A stretch of 64,000 nucleotides of DNA from the NCBI GenBank assembly GCA_044375675.1, contig JBILMD010000002.1, positions 105,104-169,103 on the forward strand, in the 5' to 3' direction. The stretch comes from Alphaproteobacteria bacterium. Its GTDB lineage: Bacteria > Pseudomonadota > Alphaproteobacteria > JAJTHO01 > CANGYM01. Every line of letters starts with the position of its first letter. The first letter of the stretch is position 1. The notes below the pieces were generated by a model. It made no database searches and was not told where the DNA came from. It worked only from the letters and a program-made list of their open reading frames with translations. The position numbers and the translations under genes were made by a program. This document shows, piece by piece, positions 18,834 to 26,663 of this stretch.

Positions 18834-19009
18834 TGTCTTATCTTCTTTATGCGTTTATGGGGTTGACCCTTCTGAGTTTGCTGCTGGGGTTATCGTATTT
18901 TGTTCGCCCATCTGAGGCAGCCCGTCTGAAATCCAACAGGATCATGCAGGCCCGTGTTTTGTTTCAGGCGGCGGCTCTGTTGTGTTTGGCCCTTTTGTTA
19001 ATGCGCTAA
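18833..19009 (+). CDS. Small (58 aa) two-transmembrane-helix protein, not in the ORF track (below cutoff)
   Basis: The ATG overlaps the dnaQ stop (ATGA). Sequence MSYLLYAFMGLTLLSLLLGLSYFVRPSEAARLKSNRIMQARVLFQAAALLCLALLLMR has two hydrophobic helices and resembles twin-TM HIG1-like small proteins. Confidence 0.4.
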   Translation: MSYLLYAFMGLTLLSLLLGLSYFVRPSEAARLKSNRIMQARVLFQAAALLCLALLLMR

Positions 19010-19015
19010 GGTTTT

Positions 19016-19222
19016 ATGTCTTCGCCCGATCCTGCTTTGCTGAGTCTTTTGGTGTGCCCTGAAACGCGGGGACCGCTGCGTTATGATGCCGATCATCAAG
19101 AACTCATCAGCCTGCAGGCCAAAGTGGCCTATCCCATTCGCCACGGCATCCCCATCATGCTGTGCGATGAAGCCAGAACGCTGACGGATGAAGAGCTGCA
19201 ACGTTATGCTGTGACGGGCTGA
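19016..19222 (+). CDS. Trm112-family protein (UPF0434/YcaR-like)
   Basis: 68 aa with [14 protein letters not shown]...[11 protein letters not shown], the Trm112 zinc-ribbon-like signature. Confidence 0.7.
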   Translation: MSSPDPALLSLLVCPETRGPLRYDADHQELISLQAKVAYPIRHGIPIMLCDEARTLTDEELQRYAVTG

Positions 19223-19223
19223 T

Positions 19224-20294
19224 ATGTCCGAAGATCAGGACGATTCCCAAAAAACCGAAGACCCCTCGCAGAGGAAGCTGGAGCAGGCGAAGGAAAAAGG
19301 ACAAACGGTTTCCTCTAAGGAATTGTCCCACTTTTTTATTCTGCTTGGCGGGGCTTTGTCCCTGATGATTGTGTTGCCGGATCTGGGGGTTCAATTAACG
19401 GATTTTATGACGCCTTTTTTAGGGCGCGTTCATGACATGGACCTTTCGGCCGAGGGCCTGAGATCCATCTTCCTCGGTATCGTGCTGCGCGTGGGCATGG
19501 TTATGGGGCTGTTTGCGGTCCTGATGATGCTGGCCGGATTTTTGGGATCTTTTTTGCAACACGGATTTTTATTCAGCACACAAAGCATCACCCCATCATT
19601 GGATCGGATTTCGGTTTTTAAGGGGTTTAAGCGCATTTTCAGCATGAAATCCGTTGTGGAGCTGGCAAAAAATCTGGCCAAGCTTGTGATTATTGGGGCG
19701 ATTGTCTCCTCTTTGGTGATTCCCCTTTTTGGGGAAGAGATTACCCTTTTGCCGACCCTGTCCTTGGGCGATCAAATGGAGTATTTGCGTTATTATGCCC
19801 TGCGGATTCTGGGGGGCGCTATGGGGGCCATGCTGGTGATTGCGGGGGCGGACTATGCCTTTCAATTTTTCCAATTTCGCAAAGAGATGCGAATGACCAA
19901 ACAAGAGGTTAAGGAAGAATACCGACAAACTGAAGGGGATCCCAAGGTTAAATCGAAGCTCAAACAAGTCCGGCGAGAGCGGGCCCGCAGACGGATGATG
20001 GCCAAGGTGAAGGATGCCACGGCCATTATCACCAACCCTACCCACTATTCCATTGCCATTGTGTATGACAAAGAAAGCGCCGCCGCCCCCATTGTCGTGG
20101 CCAAAGGGGTTGATGCCGTGGCCATGAAAATCAGGGAGGAAGCCAAAAAATATGACATCCCTCTGGTGGAAAATCCCCCCTTGGCCCGCGCCCTTTATCA
20201 GGTGGATCTGGATGAAGAAATCCCCTTTGAACATTACGAAGCCGTGGCCAAAGTGGTTTCCTATGTTTTTGGCCTGAAAAAGAAAAAGTCCTAA
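19224..20294 (+). CDS. flhB: Flagellar biosynthesis protein FlhB
   Basis: NPTH autocleavage motif (ITNPTHYSIAI), four N-terminal TM helices and 356 aa length. Confidence 0.9.
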   Translation: MSEDQDDSQKTEDPSQRKLEQAKEKGQTVSSKELSHFFILLGGALSLMIVLPDLGVQLTDFMTPFLGRVHDMDLSAEGLRSIFLGIVLRVGMVMGLFAVLMMLAGFLGSFLQHGFLFSTQSITPSLDRISVFKGFKRIFSMKSVVELAKNLAKLVIIGAIVSSLVIPLFGEEITLLPTLSLGDQMEYLRYYALRILGGAMGAMLVIAGADYAFQFFQFRKEMRMTKQEVKEEYRQTEGDPKVKSKLKQVRRERARRRMMAKVKDATAIITNPTHYSIAIVYDKESAAAPIVVAKGVDAVAMKIREEAKKYDIPLVENPPLARALYQVDLDEEIPFEHYEAVAKVVSYVFGLKKKKS

Positions 20295-20345
20295 GGAGTG
20301 TTGACAGGTTCCTTAGGAATCCGCATAAGTACCTTGTGTTTTTTA

Positions 20346-20420
20346 GGGCGTATAGCTCAGGGGTAGAGCGCTACGTTGACATCGTAGAGGTCCGTGGTTC
20401 GAGACCACGTACGCCCACCA
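20346..20420 (+). tRNA. tRNA-Val (anticodon GAC), CCA encoded
   Basis: Cloverleaf with acceptor GGGCGTA/TACGCCC, anticodon stem-loop CTACG-TTGACAT-CGTAG, T-arm GGTTCGAGACC and 3' CCA. Confidence 0.9.
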
Positions 20421-20484
20421 GAAAAATCAATGCGCCAGAGGATGTGCCTTCTTGCGAGACACCCCCTGTGCTGCCTATGTGGTA

Positions 20485-20605
20485 TGGTATTTTGCCTTTA
20501 TTTTTGTACTGAGCCGAGAACAAGCTCAGCGGAGCGATGCCTATGGTTTTTCCTCTTTATTTCCGTACTGGCCCGTTGTTTTCCAGAGCCAAGCGGGGGG
20601 GGAGG
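20485..20605. repeat. Two tandem copies of repeat module C plus an inverted copy of module B
   Basis: ctttatttttgtactgagccgagaacaagctcagcggagcgatgcc at 20496-20542 and ctttatttccgtactggccc at 20565-20584. gagccgagaacaagc is the reverse complement of gcttgttctcggc at 17084 and 24248. Confidence 0.55.
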
Positions 20606-20649
20606 GGATAGCGTACGCCCTTCGCCCCCCAAGGCAACGATTGTTTTCG

Positions 20650-23013
20650 TTATTTCAAATCAATGGTCAGTTTTTCCAGTGTCCCCGTGAATTTGTACGG
20701 CATGGCATCGGCGTAGTCTTGTAATACAGGGCTTCCCGTGTCTTCCCCTACGTCGAACGTTTCATCAAGAGATAAGCGGTTGGGCAGGGTGCGCGCGATG
20801 CGGCCCTCAGCCACTTTTTTATCATCAATGAAGAGCGTTCCCAAGCCGCCTTGACCACGGCCACCGCCATCATAAACAAAGTCAAAGCGGATGGTGTGTT
20901 TGCCGCCAGACAGCACTGTATCGGAAACAATACGGGTTTTGTGCTCTGGCTGATTCGACAGAGCATAGGCAAACTCTGGTTTTCCGTCATCGTTGACCAA
21001 CAGTGCCCAGCCACCAAAATTGCCCCCAGTGGTTGCAAGGATACCCTTGGCCGGACTGTTGGGCAAGGTAACCTCTGCGGTTATGGTGTAGGATCTGTTT
21101 TTGGTATTGGGCGCCGTTCCCTCGGAAATGCGCGTCATGCCAGGATAGTATACAAAAGAGGTTCGACCCAAGGTCAGGCTGGGACGAATGGCAGGATCCA
21201 ACCGTGTGGCCGCCGAGGAATCCAGAGGATAAACGCCAAATTTTTTGGCCTCTTGATCAAAAATGGCCTGCATATCTTTCAGTTTCCCAGGATTGCTGGC
21301 CGCCAAATCGTTGGACTCTGAGAAGTCATTGGCAACGTTATAGAGTTCCCATTTAAAGTCATCCGGAGACGTCTCAGCGGCAGCCCCCGTAAGAACCCAC
21401 GGCAAACGCAGCGGTGTTGTCGCAGCCACCCATCCATCATGATAAATGGCGCGATTGGACATCATTTCAAAATACTGTGTCGTGCGGTGCGAAGGCGCTT
21501 TTGGATCATCAAACGTATAAAGCATGCTTTTTCCCTCAACAGGCTTTTGTTTAACGCCGTTGATTTCTTTGGGGAAAGAAAGATTGGCCGCCTGTAAAAT
21601 GGTGGGCAACACATCAATCACGTGATGAAATTGGGGCCGTATGGCGCCCTGATCCTTAATGGTCTCAGGCCAAGAAATAACCAAACCATTGCGGGTCCCG
21701 CCAAAGTGGGAAGCGACCTGCTTGGCCCACTGGAATGGTGTGTTCATGGCATGGGCCCAACCCACGGGGTAATGGTTATAGGTCTGGGGGCTGCCCAAGT
21801 TATCCATTTGGGAGAGCAAGTAGTCTAAGCTTTCTGGAATCCCATTAAAGGCCGTGGCGTTTTCGTTGGTGGTGCCTTGCAGGCTACCCTCGGCACTGGC
21901 ACCGTTGTCACCCTGAATGAAAAGAATCATGGTGTTGTCCAGTTTTCCCATATCAGCCACGGACTGAATGACGCGACCAATTTGGTAATCCGCGTGGGCC
22001 AGAGCCGCCGCATAGACTTCCATCATGCGGGAAAACAGGCGTTTTTGATCGGCGCTCAAAGAATCCCACGCGGGGATTTCTTTCGGACGTGGTGTCAAAA
22101 CGGCATTGGCAGGAATGATGCCCATGGCTTTTTGACGGGCAAAGGTCTCTTCGCGCACTTTGTCCCAACCCTGATCAAACTGCCCTTTGAATTTGGCAAT
22201 CCAGTCTTTCGGGGCATGATGGGGGGCATGGGCCGTACCAGGGGCATAATACGCGAAGAAAGGCTTGTTTGGGTTCAGGGCATTTTGGGTGCGAATCCAA
22301 GTAATGGCCTTATCCGCCATCAGCTGGTCGAAGTGCACGGGGTTTTTGCCTTTCTGCTCCGCAGCCTGAATCGGTTTTGTGCCTTCATAAATGGGGGTGC
22401 TCCACTGATCAGCATCGCCGCCAATGAATCCATAAAAATACTCAAATCCCAATCCTGTGGGCCATAAATCGAAAGGACCGGCTTGGCTGTTTTGCCAATC
22501 GGGAATGTTATGATTTTTTCCAAACCAAGCGGTGCTGTAACCGTTTTGCTTCAACACCTCGGCAACGGTACCGTTGGCTTTGGACATCAGGGAGTTATAG
22601 CCAGGATACCCTGTGCCTGCCTCCATAATCACGCCCGTATTGGCGCTGTGGTGGTTACGACCCGTAATCAGAGCCGCGCGGGTGGGGGAACACAGGGCCG
22701 TGGTGTGAAACTGGGTATAGCGCAGACCACGCTTGGCCAAGGCATCCAAGGTTGGCGTAGCAATGGGGCCACCAAAGGGGCTGGACGCGGAAAAACCCAC
22801 GTCATCGGTCAGAATCAACAGAACGTTGGGGGAGCCTTTCGCGGCCTGAAAAGGCTGAGGGAAATCGGGTGTCGAATCCTTGGCAAGGCGTTCAATTTTT
22901 CCCTTAAACGGCTGATCTGGGCGGGGCAGAACCTCCTGCGCCATCGCGGATACCGGCAAAAGAAAGGAGAATAGGACAACAAGGGCCCCAAAAAATTTGC
23001 GTTTTATGGACAT
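20650..23013 (-). CDS. Arylsulfatase (type I sulfatase) with a ~250-aa C-terminal extension, secreted
   Basis: Signal peptide and the sulfatase signature C/S-x-P-x-R (TTALCSPTRAALITGR), with conserved metal-binding Asp/His. Start MSIKRK is preceded by a GAGG RBS. Confidence 0.9.
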   Translation of the reverse strand: MSIKRKFFGALVVLFSFLLPVSAMAQEVLPRPDQPFKGKIERLAKDSTPDFPQPFQAAKGSPNVLLILTDDVGFSASSPFGGPIATPTLDALAKRGLRYTQFHTTALCSPTRAALITGRNHHSANTGVIMEAGTGYPGYNSLMSKANGTVAEVLKQNGYSTAWFGKNHNIPDWQNSQAGPFDLWPTGLGFEYFYGFIGGDADQWSTPIYEGTKPIQAAEQKGKNPVHFDQLMADKAITWIRTQNALNPNKPFFAYYAPGTAHAPHHAPKDWIAKFKGQFDQGWDKVREETFARQKAMGIIPANAVLTPRPKEIPAWDSLSADQKRLFSRMMEVYAAALAHADYQIGRVIQSVADMGKLDNTMILFIQGDNGASAEGSLQGTTNENATAFNGIPESLDYLLSQMDNLGSPQTYNHYPVGWAHAMNTPFQWAKQVASHFGGTRNGLVISWPETIKDQGAIRPQFHHVIDVLPTILQAANLSFPKEINGVKQKPVEGKSMLYTFDDPKAPSHRTTQYFEMMSNRAIYHDGWVAATTPLRLPWVLTGAAAETSPDDFKWELYNVANDFSESNDLAASNPGKLKDMQAIFDQEAKKFGVYPLDSSAATRLDPAIRPSLTLGRTSFVYYPGMTRISEGTAPNTKNRSYTITAEVTLPNSPAKGILATTGGNFGGWALLVNDDGKPEFAYALSNQPEHKTRIVSDTVLSGGKHTIRFDFVYDGGGRGQGGLGTLFIDDKKVAEGRIARTLPNRLSLDETFDVGEDTGSPVLQDYADAMPYKFTGTLEKLTIDLK

Positions 23014-23087
23014 AAAAACCTCATTTGGTACATGCATACTCCTTTATGGAAACAAAAAACCCAATTGTCACGAAAAAAACATTTGGT

Positions 23088-24179
23088 TTAGTGCATATTC
23101 GCGCTGCGAACACAGCGAAATCCCAAGTGATTTGTGCCGGTGGAGGGTTCACCCTTGCCCCGTGTTCCCACCATATAACGCGAGCAATACTGGTTGGTGC
23201 ACAAAAAAGATCCGCCCCGATGAACCTTTTTTTCAACGCCCATCTCAACAGGATCAAAAGATTTTTCTGGCCCCTGTGGATTTTTGGCCACCCCACCTGC
23301 CGTGACAAGCGTTTGATAATAATCCGGCGTGTACCAATCGCTGACCCATTCCCAAACATTGCCCGCCACATCATACAGGCCATAGCCGTTAGGGGGGAAT
23401 TGCGCAACGGGGGCCAGTCCATGAAAGCCATCGGTTGCGGTGTCTTTGTTGGGAAAGCTCCCTTGATAGGTATTCGCCATGCCTTTTTTTGTGGGGGGGG
23501 CAAACTCATCGCCCCACGCATACAGCTTGCCCGTTAGGCCCCCACGGGCGGCAAATTCCCATTCGGCCTCGGTGGGCAGGCGTTTCCCCGCCCATTTCGC
23601 ATAGGCCAGCGCATCCTGATAGGCCACGTGCACAACGGGAACATTGTCTTTTCCAACGATGGAACTCTCGGGCCCCGTGGGGTGTTTCCAGTTGGCACCG
23701 TGAACATAACGCCACCACTGAAGATGATCGTTAAGGGGCACAGCGTTTTGGGGCGCATAAAAAACAACGGACCCTGCCACCAAATTTTCTGGGGGCGCCC
23801 CTGGGAAATCTTCAGCCTTGGGGGCTTTTTCCGCCAAGGTGATATAGCCTGTGGCCTTCACAAAGCGGGCAAAATCCGCATTGGTGACCTCGGTTGTATC
23901 CATCCAAAACCCATCGACATAAACGCGGTGAATGGGGCGGGAATCATGTGTGGTCTGCATCCCAACATCATTGTGATCGATGCCGTGGGGATGCGCCGCG
24001 CCCATGGAAAATTCGCCGCCCGGAATCCAGACCATACCCTTGGGGGCAGGACCCTCAGGCTTTGTTGTGTTGGGGATGGTGGGTAAAAATTCTGATGGTG
24101 CAGCCTTAGCAGGGGGATTTTCCGCCACAGCCAAACCGCTGTTCAAAACAAGGATCACGAAAGCAAAGAGGATTTTCAT
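23088..24179 (-). CDS. Formylglycine-generating enzyme (FGE/SUMF1-family), secreted
   Basis: Signal peptide plus FGE-sulfatase domain hallmarks (WEWVSDWY, HRGGSFLC, GFRCVR). Lies 74 bp upstream of the sulfatase on the same strand. Confidence 0.85.
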   Translation of the reverse strand: MKILFAFVILVLNSGLAVAENPPAKAAPSEFLPTIPNTTKPEGPAPKGMVWIPGGEFSMGAAHPHGIDHNDVGMQTTHDSRPIHRVYVDGFWMDTTEVTNADFARFVKATGYITLAEKAPKAEDFPGAPPENLVAGSVVFYAPQNAVPLNDHLQWWRYVHGANWKHPTGPESSIVGKDNVPVVHVAYQDALAYAKWAGKRLPTEAEWEFAARGGLTGKLYAWGDEFAPPTKKGMANTYQGSFPNKDTATDGFHGLAPVAQFPPNGYGLYDVAGNVWEWVSDWYTPDYYQTLVTAGGVAKNPQGPEKSFDPVEMGVEKKVHRGGSFLCTNQYCSRYMVGTRGKGEPSTGTNHLGFRCVRSANMH

Positions 24180-24247
24180 GGCATGGTTTTCCTTTTTTTT
24201 CAGAGTAAGCGTCCCAATATAAACAATTGGGCATCACTCTGCCAGTC

Positions 24248-24400
24248 GTGTTCTCGGCCTTAGTCACGAAAATAAAGCAGGACTTGCGCACACCCTTTGT
24301 CATTGCGAGCGCAGCGAAGCAATCCAGACATGCCGCTACGGGAAAGACTGGATTGCCACGCCTCCTGCGGAGGCTCGCAATGACGATGTGCGTAAGTCCT
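24248..24400. repeat. Repeat module B fused to structured repeat family A (copy 1)
   Basis: 24248-24280 matches 17084-17117. 24281-24400 is ~97% identical to 47458-47560 and contains nested inverted repeats (gacttgcgcac/gtgcgtaagtc, tcattgcgagc/gctcgcaatga, gcaatccag/ctggattgc, gcctcc/ggaggc). Confidence 0.65.
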
Positions 24401-24415
24401 ATAAAGTAAAAATAC

Positions 24416-24452
24416 TTTAAAAAGGATCCCCGCATTATGCGGGGATCTTTTG
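24416..24452 (-). terminator. Rho-independent terminator downstream of rplA (palindromic, so potentially bidirectional)
   Basis: GATCCCCGCATTATGCGGGGATC hairpin flanked by an A-run and a T-run. Confidence 0.55.
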
Positions 24453-24474
24453 AGTATGCAAACGATCCGAAAGA

Positions 24475-25158
24475 TTAAACTTTCACCGTCAGGCCCACAC
24501 CCATGGTGGAAGAAAGGGTCATTTTTTTAATGTATGTGCCCTTCATGTCGGCAGGTTTGGCCCGTTGAATAACATCGTAGAGAGCCTGAAAATTTTCACG
24601 AAGTTTCACCAAATCAAAGCTGACTTTTCCGAACGGGGCATGGATAATCCCTGTTTTTTCCGTGCGGTATTCCACCTGACCGGCCTTGGCATCGGCAACA
24701 GCTTGGGTCACATTCATGGTCACCGTGCCCAGTTTGGGGTTGGGCATCAGGCCCTTGGTTCCCAGAATTTTTCCCAGACGTCCCACCAAAGCCATCATGT
24801 CCGGCGTGGCAATGCACACGTCAAAATCAATGGTGCCGCCCTGGATGATTTCAACCAAATCTTCTGCGCCAATGATATCGGCGCCGGCGGCTTTGGCCTC
24901 TTCGGCCTTGGCACCACGGGCAAACACGGCCACACGGGCTTGTTTTCCACCTTTTCCGTGGGGCAGGGTAAGCATCCCGCGGATGTTTTCATTGGCTTTG
25001 CGGGGATCCACGCCCAGCATCAAGGCCAATTCGATGGTTTCATCGAATTTGACTTTGCTGTTATCCTTCAGAATCTGCAAGGCTTCGTCCAAACCGTAAA
25101 CCTTGGCGGTGTCAACAGCCTGTAAAGTGGCGGCCACACGTTTTGCTAGTTTTGCCAT
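24475..25158 (-). CDS. rplA: 50S ribosomal protein L1
   Basis: 227 aa with strong L1 family similarity throughout. Confidence 0.95.
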   Translation of the reverse strand: MAKLAKRVAATLQAVDTAKVYGLDEALQILKDNSKVKFDETIELALMLGVDPRKANENIRGMLTLPHGKGGKQARVAVFARGAKAEEAKAAGADIIGAEDLVEIIQGGTIDFDVCIATPDMMALVGRLGKILGTKGLMPNPKLGTVTMNVTQAVADAKAGQVEYRTEKTGIIHAPFGKVSFDLVKLRENFQALYDVIQRAKPADMKGTYIKKMTLSSTMGVGLTVKV

Positions 25159-25175
25159 AAAAATCCCTTTATGTT

Positions 25176-25607
25176 TTAATCTTCAATAACTTCTAGGCCC
25201 ATGGAAACGGCTGAACCGGCAATCATGCGGGCGGCGGCTTCGCGGTCGTGGGCATTCAGGTCCTGCATTTTTTTATCCGCAATGGACAAAATTTGGCTGC
25301 GCGTGATTTTTCCCACAAAACCACGGCCGGTGGTTGAGGATCCTTTGGGCAGACCAGACTCTTTTTTCAAAAAATAACTGACAGGCGGCGTTTTGGTCAC
25401 AAAACTAAAGCTGCGATCCGCATAAACGGTAATGACGACAGGAATGGGGATGCCGGCTTCCAGCTTTTGCGTTTCGGCGTTAAACGCCTTACAAAATTCC
25501 ATAATGTTGACACCCCGTTGACCCAAAGCGGGACCCACAGGGGGGGCAGGGTTCGCTTTTCCCGAAGGAATTTGCAGTTTAATATAACCTGTAATTTTCT
25601 TGGCCAT
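25176..25607 (-). CDS. rplK: 50S ribosomal protein L11
   Basis: 143 aa with the L11 N-terminal PPVGPALGQ motif. Confidence 0.95.
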   Translation of the reverse strand: MAKKITGYIKLQIPSGKANPAPPVGPALGQRGVNIMEFCKAFNAETQKLEAGIPIPVVITVYADRSFSFVTKTPPVSYFLKKESGLPKGSSTTGRGFVGKITRSQILSIADKKMQDLNAHDREAAARMIAGSAVSMGLEVIED

Positions 25608-25623
25608 AATCCATCATCCTGAT

Positions 25624-26190
25624 TTAAATTTTTTCAACTTGGCTATAATCCAGTTCCACTGGGGTTTTGCGCCCGAAAATGGACACGGAAACCTTCAGCT
25701 TTTGGCGGCTTTCTTCCAAATCCTCCACCGTGGCGGAGAAGTTTTCAAAGGGACCATCAATAATGCGAATGTTTTCCCCGATTTCAAAAATGACACCCCG
25801 ACGAACCTCTTTAAAGCCCCCTTGGATATGGCCAAGCAAACGGTCTGATTCTGCTTTGCTTAAGGGAACAGGCTTGCTTTTCGCGCCCCCCCCTAAAAAG
25901 TTGACCACCCGCTTGTTATCCATAATCATATGCCAAGCGGGATCGGTCATGATCATGTTAATCAGAACGTATCCGGGAAAAAATTTTCGCTCTGTGTGGA
26001 CTTTTGTGCCTTTTTTCACGTCCTGAGCCTCTTCGACAGGGACAACAACATCGAAAATTTCGCCGTCCAGACCCTTTTCCAGGGCTTGCTCGCGAATGGA
26101 TTCAGCGACCTTGTTTTCAAAGCCCGAGTGGACCTGAATCACATACCACCGTCCCTTGGGCGCGGGCGTTGTGGTTTTGGGCGTCGTCAT
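25624..26190 (-). CDS. nusG: Transcription termination/antitermination factor NusG
   Basis: NGN domain (WYVIQVHSGFENKV) and C-terminal KOW (VEDLEESRQKLKVSVSIFGRKTPVEL). Start set at MTTPK, which has an AGGA RBS. The ORF track extends about 20 codons further. Confidence 0.88.
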   Translation of the reverse strand: MTTPKTTTPAPKGRWYVIQVHSGFENKVAESIREQALEKGLDGEIFDVVVPVEEAQDVKKGTKVHTERKFFPGYVLINMIMTDPAWHMIMDNKRVVNFLGGGAKSKPVPLSKAESDRLLGHIQGGFKEVRRGVIFEIGENIRIIDGPFENFSATVEDLEESRQKLKVSVSIFGRKTPVELDYSQVEKI

Positions 26191-26242
26191 AGTATCCTGC
26201 ATGCTTTCAACAATAAAAAAGAGGGCCGAATCGTCGCAACGA

Positions 26243-26569
26243 TCAGCCAAGGAGGACCTTTATACCATAAGATAAAATTTGGTCCACAAGAAAAAAGAAC
26301 AAAGACAAAATCGCCACCATCACGAAAACCATCACCGTGGTCATGGTGGTTTCTTTGCGTGTGGGCCATGTAATGCGCCCGATTTCTGAGCGTGTCAGAC
26401 GGAAAAATTCAGCCACACCGATTTTTTTGGTGTGACTTTTGTCCCCACCCGCTGCGTCGTTGACCCCTGCGGCCACAGCAAGGGGCTTGGCACCTGCCAA
26501 AGGATTCGCTGAGATTTTGCCTTTGGGCTTAGGCTTTGATTGTGCCTTTGAGGAGTTATTTTTACGCAT
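26243..26569 (-). CDS. secE: Preprotein translocase subunit SecE
   Basis: Position immediately upstream of nusG. C-terminal SecE pattern EFFRLTRSEIGRITWPTRKET followed by a TM helix. The N-terminal extent is uncertain. Confidence 0.7.
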   Translation of the reverse strand: MRKNNSSKAQSKPKPKGKISANPLAGAKPLAVAAGVNDAAGGDKSHTKKIGVAEFFRLTRSEIGRITWPTRKETTMTTVMVFVMVAILSLFFFLVDQILSYGIKVLLG

Positions 26570-26663
26570 ACCCGCTACAAAAATCCTTGTTTAGAAAGGA
26601 GAGGATTGTACCAAGCTCCCTTTCAAAGGGCAAGGTTTTGGTTTGGATTTGTATCGCGTCTGT

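Noticed and set aside
20409-20620. 9-mer cgtacgccc shared between the tRNA-Val 3' end (20410) and 20612, a possible att-site duplication for the sulfatase island
   Set aside because: It is too short to be significant. The second copy lies between the tRNA and the island rather than at the island's far end, and no integrase is present.
23025-23537. 170-aa plus-strand ORF overlapping the FGE gene
   Set aside because: It is antisense to a CDS with clear FGE motifs and a signal peptide, and has no motif or RBS of its own.
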